Of a stretch of 64,000 nucleotides of DNA, positions 7,925 to 17,887 are shown one piece after another (position 1 is the stretch's first letter; each line of letters opens with the position of its first letter). Both the position numbers and the translations under genes were made by a program. Source of the DNA: Candidatus Electryonea clarkiae (GTDB lineage Bacteria > Electryoneota > Electryoneia > Electryoneales > Electryoneaceae); assembly GCA_030765455.1 (NCBI GenBank), contig JAVCCM010000059.1:6667-70666 (forward strand), written 5' to 3'. The notes under the pieces were generated by a model. The model saw only the letters and a program-made list of their open reading frames with translations. It did no database searches and had not been told where the DNA came from.

Positions 7925-10276
7925 TTATCTAATAAGTACCGCCTTTACAACACGAGTCTGATTATTTGTTGAGAATCTGAATAAATACATTCCGGTGGCA
8001 AATTCGTTCAAATCCAGAGTTATCTCAGAGCTGCTTGTATTTATATCTTTTGTTGAAAATGATCTTACCAGGCGTCCTTCAAGGTTGTAGAGGTCAATTT
8101 TAACTTGTTCCCCGTGAGGAAGTTCAACCCTGAAACGTACACTCGAATTGAATGGATTCGGATAGGGGCCATCTACGGTAAAACATTCCGGCAATCCTGT
8201 ATCTGTTAGCTCATCCCCAATATCCCAATAGTCCTCAACGAAGGGATACACTCCCACGTCTGCCCTGCTGCTGTCCGGATCATTCGGTGATTCCGGATCA
8301 CCGGCATCAATTAACGGACTGTCGGGTTGTAAATGAAAATCACGACGAGAGATACTCACAAATTTCGGATCGGCTTCAAAAATTCCATCACCCTCCTCGA
8401 CAAAATAACCCCAGGGATTCTCAGTAGTAGTGCCATAAGTGCCGGAATATGATACTATTTGATTCGGGGCATTTCCGTTAAAAGCGGTGCGGTATGCGCC
8501 GAAAAAGAAAGAATTTCTGACGAATGTTTGACGGTGTGCGAAAAGAGCCGTGGAACGGTTATCTTCTTCACGGGCTGAAAAAACGGTATGCTCCACAATA
8601 GCCGGATTTAACAGGCTTAGCTGACCGGATACAACTGTTCGTGACAGTTCTATCATAACGCTGTCATTATTGACGTCAAGAGTAATGTCACCAACAAATT
8701 CATCGTGATCTAAAATAAAAACTGAATCATCTTCCACATCAGCCATGATGATGAAATCTCCGGAGAAAGAGCAGTTCTCAATCCGGGGGACGGTATCACA
8801 TTCAAGCATGTGAAGATTAACGTCCTCGTCACTTGTTACACTTGAATTTTTCAAAACCGATGGACAGAATAAAGTTCCACCATTCATTTCTATTTCAAGG
8901 TATTCCCAAACAGGATTATTATCAAAAGAATTCCTGCCGTAATCTCTTTCATAAACAAAAGGTCCTTCATTCTCATCATCTTCTATTATAAGTCGAGCAG
9001 GATTTCCCTCTTCGCCCCGAATCGTTACGTCTGAAAACAGGTCAATGAATAAACGTTTCCCTTCACGAAAAATAACTCTTGCCCCGGCTCCGATAGTCAG
9101 CGACTTATAATATGTCTGCCAAAAATCATCATCGATATAAACCGTTGTATCTACCCAAACATAATCTTCCGAAGTATTTCCATAAGGTGACAACCCAGGC
9201 GGTGGATTTTCCAGCCAGCGTTCATCATAGAAATAGTCTTTTGCATACCCGGTACCGCCGCAATTTGAACGGTGAATATATCCTCGACGGGCTTGGGTCA
9301 GCGATCCTTCAAAATAAATTGAGCCACGTTCGTCAAGACTACCACAATTTTCACCGGGGCAGGCGCAGAATATATAAGTATGCCAACTATCATTCTGATG
9401 CTCCATACTGAAACTCTCACCAAGCGCCTGTAATCCTGCGTGGATTACAATACTATGCCTTTCATGGTTCCCTTGATTTCTTCCATTGCCACGTCCATTG
9501 GAATAATTGTCTTCAATTTCTATTCTCCTCCCACTCAGCAAGTTGATGAAGTGTTGGCTGTTGTCAGGGATTCGCCAGTCTTCAACATCTGTCCCAGCTA
9601 ACATAACATTATCCCAGAGAGATATATTTCCGGAAGCAACAATGAGGTTACGTCCTTCAACCACTCCGGTTTCTCCTCCAAAACCATTTACTGCACCGGT
9701 CGCGGCAGCAAGCTGAAGATCTCCTTCGATATATGTTACAAGCCAGTCGCCTCCATCCTCGTAGTTAAATTCTATTGAGGTTGTAAGATGATCAGGATCA
9801 TAAGGTAGGCCTCTCGCCCATTGTGTCAGATGCCAACCATCTTCACCACCGGAGAGACGTGATTGCAAGGCGTCATCATTATTGCCGAAAAAGAAATTCT
9901 GTTCCTCTGCCATTTCCGCATATTGATCAAACAGCCATCCCCCCCTTGATGGAAAAGGCACCTCAGGAACATTAAAGAGTGGATCATACGCAAAATAGGG
10001 ATTGGCAGAAAAGTAAACGAAACGATCTTCAGAAGTGCTTACTTGACCAAGAAATTGTGGAGCGAATTTTATTCCTATCTGACCATTACTGTGTACATTA
10101 CCGTACATAGTATCGGGCGTCCAGAACCAGACAATCTCATTAAACATGGTTGTTTCATAATTTGTGAGGTACATATAATCCGTGAAATAACGTAATGGAT
10201 CAGCCTGTGCAGGTGATACGGAGAAGATAGAGATAAACAGAACCGCAACCAGCAGAAATGGAATAAATCTTTTCAT
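7925..10276 (-). CDS. Secreted protein: PilX/DUF4900-like domain + beta-helix + T9SS-type C-terminal domain (paralog 1)
   Basis: MKRFIPFLLVAVLF signal peptide (ATG 10276); WFWTPDTMYGNVHSN; GSLTQARRGYIHRSNCGGTGYAKDYFYDERWLENPPP; GPYPNPFNS tail. Confidence 0.75.
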   Translation of the reverse strand: MKRFIPFLLVAVLFISIFSVSPAQADPLRYFTDYMYLTNYETTMFNEIVWFWTPDTMYGNVHSNGQIGIKFAPQFLGQVSTSEDRFVYFSANPYFAYDPLFNVPEVPFPSRGGWLFDQYAEMAEEQNFFFGNNDDALQSRLSGGEDGWHLTQWARGLPYDPDHLTTSIEFNYEDGGDWLVTYIEGDLQLAAATGAVNGFGGETGVVEGRNLIVASGNISLWDNVMLAGTDVEDWRIPDNSQHFINLLSGRRIEIEDNYSNGRGNGRNQGNHERHSIVIHAGLQALGESFSMEHQNDSWHTYIFCACPGENCGSLDERGSIYFEGSLTQARRGYIHRSNCGGTGYAKDYFYDERWLENPPPGLSPYGNTSEDYVWVDTTVYIDDDFWQTYYKSLTIGAGARVIFREGKRLFIDLFSDVTIRGEEGNPARLIIEDDENEGPFVYERDYGRNSFDNNPVWEYLEIEMNGGTLFCPSVLKNSSVTSDEDVNLHMLECDTVPRIENCSFSGDFIIMADVEDDSVFILDHDEFVGDITLDVNNDSVMIELSRTVVSGQLSLLNPAIVEHTVFSAREEDNRSTALFAHRQTFVRNSFFFGAYRTAFNGNAPNQIVSYSGTYGTTTENPWGYFVEEGDGIFEADPKFVSISRRDFHLQPDSPLIDAGDPESPNDPDSSRADVGVYPFVEDYWDIGDELTDTGLPECFTVDGPYPNPFNSSVRFRVELPHGEQVKIDLYNLEGRLVRSFSTKDINTSSSEITLDLNEFATGMYLFRFSTNNQTRVVKAVLIR

Positions 10277-10448
10277 GATAAAATCCCTTTCGTAGAAACA
10301 GTTATCCAAAGTCACATTTTGGGATGCCCTTGTAAGATATTTATTCAGAACTTAAATGTCAATATTAATAGTAATAAATAATAAATATCCATCCTTCTCT
10401 GTGAAGTGTTCAGTTTGACTTAAATTGTAAAGTTAGATCATTCTACCA

Positions 10449-10528
10449 TGTCATTCCTGCGAAGGCAGGAATCCAGTAAATAGTTGATATTATTAGCACA
10501 ATGGATTCCTGCCTTCGCAGGAATGACA
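10449..10528. repeat. Doublet palindromic element (dRS3/RPE-like)
   Basis: Perfect 27-bp inverted repeat TGTCATTCCTGCGAAGGCAGGAATCCA at 10449-10475 and 10502-10528. Confidence 0.85.
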
Positions 10529-10677
10529 CCAAGCCAAACACTTACATTTGCTTTTTTTTTGAGTGAGGTGAGTCTCCCGGCTCCAAAATTCTTGTTCATT
10601 GATTCTGTTCAACCTGCTATCTTCACGAAAATCCGAATAATTTTACTGATGTATATATTTTATCGTGAGGTGTATTC

Positions 10678-11985
10678 ATGTTCACAATCGGAATCCGACG
10701 CGAAGATAAAACAGATCAGGAGCGCCGCGCTCCATTAGCTCCTCATCATGTTGAACAGGTTCTTCAAAACGATTCAATAAAATGTATTGTCGAATCTTCC
10801 ATGACACGATGCTTTCCTGATGAAGATTATGCGAGAGCCGGGGCGGAGATCGTGCAGGTTTTGCCCGGATGTGATCTCATTATCGGGGTAAAAGAAATTC
10901 CAATTACCCGTCTCCAGCCTGGAAAACCTCACATCTTTTTCTCCCATACGATTAAAGGGCAGTCATATAATATGCCTCTCCTCCAGGAATTTTTGAATCT
11001 TAAATGTACTCTGATCGATTATGAATTAGTAGCCAACGAAGAAGATCAGCGGCTGATTTTCTTTGGTGTTCAGGCTGGTCAGGCTGGTATGGTCAACAGC
11101 CTCTGGAGCCTGGGACAACGATGGAGAGCATTCGGTATTTCAGCACCTTTTGAAATGATTCACCAGGCACGAACCTATGAATCCCTCAATCATGCAAGAG
11201 TCGATATTATAGAAGCCGGTAAGCAATTCAAGGAAATTAATTTATCAGGGGATAGTTCGCCAATTATAATTGGAATAACCGGTTACGGACGAGTATCGCA
11301 GGGAGCGCAGGAAATACTTGATTTGCTGGAGCCTGAAGAAATATCGCCATCCGAATTAATATCCAAGTCAGATTCAGGAGAACTACTTGATAATCATATA
11401 TATAAAGTAGTTTTCTATGAAAAGGACATGTTCGAGCCAATCGATACCAATACACCATTTGATCTGCAGGAGTATTTCGATTATCCCGGACGTTATAAAT
11501 CTAAATTCGAGCGCTTTCTTCCTTACCTGACAGTTCTCATTAATGCCATATACTGGACTCCCAAATGTCCACGAATTGTTACATTTGAAAATCTTGATGA
11601 TTTATTTGAAACTTCTGAAAAGCCCAGATTAATTGTTATCGGCGATATCACCTGTGACGTCGGCGGGTCGATAGAGTGCAATCTTGAAGCGACTTTACCT
11701 GAAAATCCGGTTTATACCGTCGATCCAAAAACCAGGGAAGCTGAGGATGGATTCAATGGTAATGGAATATTGATGATGGCTGTTGATATTCTTCCAACTG
11801 AGATTCCAAAAGAATCGACTCAAGTGTTCGGAGATATGCTGACACCATACCTGGCTGATATCGCACAAACAGATTATTCAGAATCTTTTGAAACTCTGAA
11901 ACTTCCACTGCCTTTTAAAAAAGCAGTGATCGCGTATCAGGGTGATCTTACGCCAGACTTTGAATATCTCAGAAAGCATTTATAA
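10678..11985 (+). CDS. Lysine-ketoglutarate reductase / saccharopine dehydrogenase-like enzyme (AlaDh/PNT fold)
   Basis: [48 protein letters not shown] motifs. Confidence 0.85.
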   Translation: MFTIGIRREDKTDQERRAPLAPHHVEQVLQNDSIKCIVESSMTRCFPDEDYARAGAEIVQVLPGCDLIIGVKEIPITRLQPGKPHIFFSHTIKGQSYNMPLLQEFLNLKCTLIDYELVANEEDQRLIFFGVQAGQAGMVNSLWSLGQRWRAFGISAPFEMIHQARTYESLNHARVDIIEAGKQFKEINLSGDSSPIIIGITGYGRVSQGAQEILDLLEPEEISPSELISKSDSGELLDNHIYKVVFYEKDMFEPIDTNTPFDLQEYFDYPGRYKSKFERFLPYLTVLINAIYWTPKCPRIVTFENLDDLFETSEKPRLIVIGDITCDVGGSIECNLEATLPENPVYTVDPKTREAEDGFNGNGILMMAVDILPTEIPKESTQVFGDMLTPYLADIAQTDYSESFETLKLPLPFKKAVIAYQGDLTPDFEYLRKHL

Positions 11986-12004
11986 TTACGCCTGGAGTTA
12001 TAAA

Positions 12005-12169
12005 ATGAAATTGTACCGATGCGAAGTATGCGGATATGTTTACGATCCTGAAATAGGGGATCCCGATGGTGGATTAGCTCCGGGTACCGCTTTCGAGGAT
12101 ATACCTGAAGATTGGATTTGCCCGGTGTGCGGTGTTACGAGGGATATGTTTTCACCGATTGATGAATAA
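12005..12169 (+). CDS. Rubredoxin
   Basis: 54 aa, [17 protein letters not shown]...WICPVCG; GGAG RBS before ATG 12005. Confidence 0.95.
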   Translation: MKLYRCEVCGYVYDPEIGDPDGGLAPGTAFEDIPEDWICPVCGVTRDMFSPIDE

Positions 12170-12194
12170 ATTTGCAGGGATGACAGGGTGGATA

Positions 12195-13022
12195 TTATTG
12201 AATAAAATGAACAGAATATGTTTCTTTGAGGATGCCAATAACTGCTTTACCGTCTATCGTTGCCGGTGCGTATCGCAATGCCCAAAGAGCCTGCTCAACC
12301 GGTTTTTCAAACAGCCAATCTGAAGGTGTTACAATAGGTGGATTTACTTGTATCGGCACACCTTTTCCCGAGATGATTAAATTAACATCTATTCGTGCCG
12401 GAACCGCCTGGATTGCTGCTTCGGGAGGGTAGGTCTTAGTTTTATGCAGATAATCATGTATTGCCCTGGGACCGCCTTTGATGGATGGAGGCTGATAACC
12501 GGTCAGGTTGAGATCTGATATAGCTCCATAAATCCATTTCATATTTTCCAGTTTACGAATCGCTTCCGACAGGTATGTACCTTCTTCCGGCTCCGTCGCA
12601 TTGCCTTCCCAGGGATCTACTGATTGAACCGTAATCCGAAGCTGTTCTTTATCACAAGACCATTCGGAGATTATAACACGGTCAACCTCCAACGCCTGCC
12701 CCCATTCCATTGCTTCATCAATACTCCATGTACTGATCCTGACTGTATCACCCCCCCATGCCTGGAGAAGGTCAAGGGTTTTGACAGGACGGACATCAAG
12801 TACAGCTTTATTATAAACTTCGATAGTCTGATCCCAGGGAGGTTCTTCCTGTGATTCCATGCAGTTTTCAGCGTAAAGAACCGGAGGAATGATTAAAACA
12901 ACTTCGTCAAGCGCCACTGAAAAAGACGGAAGGGAAAAAATCAGGATCAATCCCAGCATGCAGGAAATATATATAGAACGAGGACATGCATCCCGGTTAT
13001 TTTGAAACAGAATTCTTTTCAT
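12195..13022 (-). CDS. Exported protein with a C-terminal TonB-like domain
   Basis: Hydrophobic N-terminus; PPSIKGG..YPPEA..IISGKG..APATIDGKAV resembles TonB_C; start uncertain. Confidence 0.55.
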   Translation of the reverse strand: MKRILFQNNRDACPRSIYISCMLGLILIFSLPSFSVALDEVVLIIPPVLYAENCMESQEEPPWDQTIEVYNKAVLDVRPVKTLDLLQAWGGDTVRISTWSIDEAMEWGQALEVDRVIISEWSCDKEQLRITVQSVDPWEGNATEPEEGTYLSEAIRKLENMKWIYGAISDLNLTGYQPPSIKGGPRAIHDYLHKTKTYPPEAAIQAVPARIDVNLIISGKGVPIQVNPPIVTPSDWLFEKPVEQALWALRYAPATIDGKAVIGILKETYSVHFIQ

Positions 13023-13058
13023 AATTATATTAGTAATAATTCAGGTTGTAATTTTAAT

Positions 13059-13841
13059 CTATCCCTTTTGCCATTCAGGGTCACGTCTGTCCAGGTAAGA
13101 TCCCATCCCCTCCTGCCCTTCCTCGCTTACACGAAGATCGGCGATCATTTCAGCAGTATAATTCTTGACGGAATCGAGAGGTTCTTCGCCAACCTTTTGA
13201 ATCAACTTCTTACATTCTTCCAGCGCCTTCGGACCTCCCAGGGACAGTGCAGTGGTATATCCATGAACAGCATGCTCCAGATCTCCCATCACAGCTACAC
13301 GGTGAACTAATCCATACTCCAGCGCCTGGTCGGCAGTAAAGCGTTCACCGGTCAGCATCAGGAGACGCGCTCTGCCTTCACCTATCCTGCGGATGACATA
13401 AGGGCTGATAGTCGCCGGTGTTATTCCCAAACGAACCTCGCTGAATGCAAAAAATGATCCCTTCTTTGCAACTGCAATATCACAAGCTGCAACCAGACCA
13501 TTACCTCCACCTACCACCGGACCGTTTACCCTGGCAATGACAGGCTTGGGGTGGGTATATATCAACTCGAGAAGATCAGCTAATCGCATCGCATCCTTGA
13601 GATTATCCTGGTGACTGGCTTCCCGCATCTCACTCATATAATCGAGATCTGCACCTGCACTGAATGTTGATCCTTCGCCCGTGAGAACGATTGAGCGGCA
13701 GGAGTGTTCGGCTAAAGTTCTGAAAGCATCAGTCAAATCCATAATCATTTGACTATTGAATGCGTTTCGTTTCTCCGGTCTGTTAAGTATTACATGAGCA
13801 ACATTATCTATAATGTGCAGTTGTACGGTCTCAAGCTCCAT
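13059..13841 (-). CDS. liuC: Enoyl-CoA hydratase family, probably methylglutaconyl-CoA hydratase
   Basis: LNRPEKRNAF, FSAGADL, GGGNGLVAACD, FSEVRLGITPATISPYV; near liuB. Confidence 0.75.
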   Translation of the reverse strand: MELETVQLHIIDNVAHVILNRPEKRNAFNSQMIMDLTDAFRTLAEHSCRSIVLTGEGSTFSAGADLDYMSEMREASHQDNLKDAMRLADLLELIYTHPKPVIARVNGPVVGGGNGLVAACDIAVAKKGSFFAFSEVRLGITPATISPYVIRRIGEGRARLLMLTGERFTADQALEYGLVHRVAVMGDLEHAVHGYTTALSLGGPKALEECKKLIQKVGEEPLDSVKNYTAEMIADLRVSEEGQEGMGSYLDRRDPEWQKG

Positions 13842-13948
13842 TCCAGTTCCCCTGACTCAGTTCGGTTCGAAAATCTTAAAATCTTCAGATTACAAAAAAT
13901 ATTAAGGTAATATTGTACTAAAATATTCATTTGACTATTGAATATTAA

Positions 13949-14035
13949 TCATTCTGAACATAGTGAAGAATCTCTGTCTAATACTGAATAGATTGTAATT
14001 TCAACACTTGAGATTCTTCACTACGTTCAGAATGA
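13949..14035. repeat. Doublet palindromic element (TCATTCTGAAC..GTGAAGAATCTC subtype)
   Basis: 26-bp inverted repeat with 1 mismatch at 13949-13974 and 14010-14035. Confidence 0.8.
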
Positions 14036-14113
14036 CACTATACTAACCTGTTACGATGGATTCAAAACAAACAGCTATATTGTTTTATATTTAGAATTCT
14101 TAATTATTAATTA

Positions 14114-14899
14114 TTAATTTTCTTTATATGTCGGTAATATCACCTTTGCTCGCAAACAAAAGACAAACCCACCACTATCATAAGTTTCAGTGTTCATACC
14201 ACCTACGGTGTCCCAGAAACTGGCTTCGGTAGTACCATCATTTGTAGGGAAGAACCCCCCAAGTGAATCTTGAAATTGATTATGCCAGGTTTCGTTTGCC
14301 GAAAAACCTGTCTCACTGATCGCAAATTCAATATCCGCACCAATAGCAATTGATTTAACCGGGCGAAATTCCACTGCTATGAATGGACCCACAAAAAAAC
14401 CGCTTCCCTTAAAACGATCCCATTCTCCAGGATACCCCCGGTCAACTGTAAGATCAATCAGCCCGACACCAACCCCGGCGGGAAAACTAAGTTTTTTATA
14501 CTGGGCGACACCATAGAATCTTAGCTGGAGTTCAGTAGCTACAATACTGAAATTTCGCTGCACCTCGTCAATAATCTGTAATTGTCTGGCAGTACCGGTG
14601 CGTACAATAACTTCAGCGCCAAAATTCATCTTGCTCAATCCAAAGCCACCGCCATATCGAATCAAAGGAGAGTCAAAAACCTGGTCGTACGCATCAGCAC
14701 GTGGTTCCTGCATCCCGCTAAACAAGACAATATATGGCTGGAAGCTAACATTTTTTTTTTCAAGTTTATCTACATAGGATTGAACAGAGTCGTATGCAGC
14801 TGCTAATGCGGGCGAGAAAAATATTCCTGCAATAATAATAAAACAAAAAAAAGTTTGATAGACAGATTGTCTTTGCTGTGAACGGATAGAACGTATCAT
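14114..14899 (-). CDS. Hypothetical protein, probable outer-membrane beta-barrel
   Basis: Signal-like hydrophobic stretch, then alternating amphipathic Gly/aromatic strands; start uncertain. Confidence 0.5.
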   Translation of the reverse strand: MIRSIRSQQRQSVYQTFFCFIIIAGIFFSPALAAAYDSVQSYVDKLEKKNVSFQPYIVLFSGMQEPRADAYDQVFDSPLIRYGGGFGLSKMNFGAEVIVRTGTARQLQIIDEVQRNFSIVATELQLRFYGVAQYKKLSFPAGVGVGLIDLTVDRGYPGEWDRFKGSGFFVGPFIAVEFRPVKSIAIGADIEFAISETGFSANETWHNQFQDSLGGFFPTNDGTTEASFWDTVGGMNTETYDSGGFVFCLRAKVILPTYKEN

Positions 14900-15012
14900 G
14901 GCAGTACTCCGGATAATTTTACGACTCCTGAAACACCCCTTCATATAATATAATCCTATTATCACTCAAATGCAGAACAATATTTGTCAAATACTGGAAG
15001 ATATCCCGGAAT

Positions 15013-16623
15013 TTACATCCTGAAAATCCCCACCTCCATATCGGGAATCGACTTATTCAGGCTCATCTCAATACCCAGAGCAAGAATATTCCGGGTATCT
15101 TTTAAACATATAATCCCATCATCCCAAAGCCGGGCGCTGGCATAAAAAGGGTGCCCTTCATGCTCATATTTGTCAAGAACCGGTCTGCGGAATTCCTCCA
15201 CCTCTTCAGGAGTCATTACCTCTTGACCCATTGTTTTAAGCTGGCTCTGCTTAACTTGTGTGAGAACATCTGCCGCTTGATGTCCACCCATTACTGAGAT
15301 TCTCGCATTGGGCCACATCCAGAGTAACCTGGGGAAATATCCGCGCCCGCACATGGCATAATTACCTGCGCCGTGGCTTGATCCAACTATGAGAGTAAAC
15401 CGGGGAACGTCAGCATTTGCCACTGCATGAACCATCTTGGCACCATCTGATGCGATAGCGCCATGTTCATAATCAACACCAACGATAAATCCGGTGATAT
15501 TTTGGAGAAAGAGAAGTGGAATTTTACGTTTTGCGCAGAGTGACACAAAATGAGCGCCCTTTTTTGCGCTTTCGCTGAATAGAACACCATTGTTAGCAAC
15601 GATTCCCACCGGATAACCCATGATACGAACAAATCCTGTCACAAGTTCAACACCATACCTGGGTTTAAACTCATGCATCTGGCTGCCATCGACAAGCCTT
15701 GCGATTATTTCTCGAACATCGTAAGGTGTTCTAATATCTTTAGGAATAATCCCATAAAGTTCATCAGGATCATATTGTGGATCCACCGGCGCTTCGCGCA
15801 TAATATCAAATTTAGGTCTTGGACCCAGATTCTGGACTATATTCCTCACTATCCTTAATGCATGTTCATCGTCATCCGCCAGGTGATCGGATACTCCTGA
15901 TATTCTTGTGTGGACATCACCTCCACCCAGTTCCTCAGCAGTACATTCCACCCCGGTCGCTGCTTTTACTAATGGGGGTCCACCGATAAATATGGTGCCT
16001 TGATTCTTTACGATTACTGTCTCATCGCTCATAGCCGGAACATACGCTCCCCCTGCAGTGCATGAACCCATTACACTACTGATCTGGGGAATTCCGTAGC
16101 GGCTTAATCGTGCCTGGTTATAAAAAATTCTTCCAAAATGAGCTTCATCAGCAAAGGTTCCGTCCTGTTCACGTAGGAATATGCCACCGGAATCTACCAG
16201 GTAAACACAAGGGAGATTGTTCTCTAATGCTATCTGCTGGGCACGAACATGTTTTTTAATCGTACTCGGGTAATAGGTTCCACCTTTCACCGTCGCGTCA
16301 TTAGAGATAATCAGCACTTCCCGGCCATGTACAACCCCAACTCCTGTAACTACACCTGCAGATGGAGCTTCATTATTGAACATGTTGTAAGCTGCAAGTG
16401 TACTGAATTCCATAAAGGGAGTATCTGGATCAATCAGTTTATCGATTCTTTCGCGAGCGGTTAGTTTGCCGCGAGCTTTATGCCTGTCAACATATTTCTT
16501 TGGTCCACCTTGCTTGATTTGCTCTGATAACTCAAGATATTCCTTTTCGACCTGTTTATGATGTTCCTTGTTATTCTTGAAATCAGGATTGGAAGTTTTT
16601 ACTTGTGATGGTATGCGGAACAA
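15013..16623 (-). CDS. liuB: Methylcrotonyl-CoA carboxylase, carboxyltransferase (beta) subunit
   Basis: [61 protein letters not shown]. Confidence 0.92.
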   Translation of the reverse strand: MFRIPSQVKTSNPDFKNNKEHHKQVEKEYLELSEQIKQGGPKKYVDRHKARGKLTARERIDKLIDPDTPFMEFSTLAAYNMFNNEAPSAGVVTGVGVVHGREVLIISNDATVKGGTYYPSTIKKHVRAQQIALENNLPCVYLVDSGGIFLREQDGTFADEAHFGRIFYNQARLSRYGIPQISSVMGSCTAGGAYVPAMSDETVIVKNQGTIFIGGPPLVKAATGVECTAEELGGGDVHTRISGVSDHLADDDEHALRIVRNIVQNLGPRPKFDIMREAPVDPQYDPDELYGIIPKDIRTPYDVREIIARLVDGSQMHEFKPRYGVELVTGFVRIMGYPVGIVANNGVLFSESAKKGAHFVSLCAKRKIPLLFLQNITGFIVGVDYEHGAIASDGAKMVHAVANADVPRFTLIVGSSHGAGNYAMCGRGYFPRLLWMWPNARISVMGGHQAADVLTQVKQSQLKTMGQEVMTPEEVEEFRRPVLDKYEHEGHPFYASARLWDDGIICLKDTRNILALGIEMSLNKSIPDMEVGIFRM

Positions 16624-16905
16624 TGCAGGATCCCTCCGTGTTTTGTATTATCAATAAGTTTCGTAAGTAAACCAGATACCGGTTTTATTGTGTAAACCTA
16701 CAAAAAGGTATCCATTAACTGCAACAGAAAAATTTCACTATGTTTGCTCCATTTCTTTGTGTTCACAACTTGAATGAGATTAGTATTGCTTCTTTGTAGA
16801 TAGAATGCTCCACAGGAGCCAAAATCTAACTTTCTTGTTTGTCTTTGGAACATATTGCAAAGTGCTTTGTAGAATTAGGAAAACCTAACAGAAGGAGCAA
16901 AAAAA

Positions 16906-17487
16906 ATGAGTAAATTAATATTGAGTGCAGGAATATTGTTGATGAGTGTTTTCCCAGCGCTTTCGGCAGATTGGGAATTGGACACATCACATTCAAGTAT
17001 GAAATTTAAAGTTAAACACCTGATGGTATCGAATGTGTATGGAGAATTCACAAATTTTACGGGCAATTTTCAGTATGATGAAGCCAATCCGCAAAAAGCA
17101 ATCATAGATGTTACTGTTGATATGTCTTCTATTACAACAGGAAACGAGAAACGTGATGCTCATTTAAAGAGTGCTGATTTTTTCGATATTGAAAATTTTC
17201 CGGAGATGACTTTCGAATCTACCCGAATTAAGAAAGCAGGGAAGAATTTGAAGCTTATCGGAGCCCTCACAATGCGCGGCGTTACCAGGGAAATCGAACT
17301 CCTGGTGGATGGTCCTACAGAACCTGTAAACATGATGGGTTCTATACGAGTCGGCGCCAGTGCAACAGGAACAATCAACCGTTTGGAATGGGGCGTGAGC
17401 TGGTCCAAAGCATTAGAAACCGGCGCAATGGTCGTAAGCAAAGAGATCGATATCATTATTGACCTTGAATTGATAAAAAAATCTTGA
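16906..17487 (+). CDS. yceI: YceI family lipid/polyisoprenoid-binding protein
   Basis: Signal peptide; WELDTSHS..FKVKHL; RDAHLKSADFFD. Confidence 0.9.
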   Translation: MSKLILSAGILLMSVFPALSADWELDTSHSSMKFKVKHLMVSNVYGEFTNFTGNFQYDEANPQKAIIDVTVDMSSITTGNEKRDAHLKSADFFDIENFPEMTFESTRIKKAGKNLKLIGALTMRGVTREIELLVDGPTEPVNMMGSIRVGASATGTINRLEWGVSWSKALETGAMVVSKEIDIIIDLELIKKS

Positions 17488-17526
17488 TTCTGTCTTAACC
17501 CAGACAAGCCTAAACCAAAGAAGCCT

Positions 17527-17572
17527 ACAAGATGCACAGGATTAACAGGATATATTAAATGCGTCTTTGAGT
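17527..17572 (-). repeat. Two-part intergenic repeat (degenerate copy)
   Basis: ACAAGATGC ACAGGATTA ACAGGATAT followed by TGCGTCTTTGAGT. Confidence 0.5.
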
Positions 17573-17662
17573 AATAAAGTATTCTAATAGTATTGAAATA
17601 TGTTCTTGTAATTAATAAGTATCTAATACTACCTGCCTGAGAAGGAACAAATCTGAGAGCCT

Positions 17663-17808
17663 TAGTACAACTGGATCAGATCACATGTTTCGAGTTGTTA
17701 TGTCATTCCCGTGAAGGCGGGAATCCAGTATTTACAATGTTTTAATATTGTTTCTGGATTCCCTCCTTTGCGGGAATGACACCTCGATTGATCTGAGTTG
17801 GTGTAATA
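17663..17808. repeat. Doublet palindromic element (dRS3/RPE-like) with outer inverted shell
   Basis: TGTCATTCCCGTGAAGGCGGGAATCCAG at 17701-17728 and CTGGATTCCCTCCTTTGCGGGAATGACA at 17754-17781; outer TAGTAC..TCAGATCA / TGATCTGA..GTAATA. Confidence 0.8.
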
Positions 17809-17887
17809 GAGGGATTTACTTGATGCTTTTGCTGCCAGTAATTCATATTTTCATTATCAAACTGAACGATTTTGAAGGGGATTATAC

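Noticed and set aside
10484-10738. 84-aa ORF containing WIPAFAGMT (likewise ORFs 27789-28010 and 52511-52744)
   Set aside because: These peptides are translations of palindromic repeats, not credible genes.
12169-12190. TTTGCAGGGATGACAG as another palindrome arm
   Set aside because: Only a short, degenerate match with no partner arm, overlapping two convergent gene ends.
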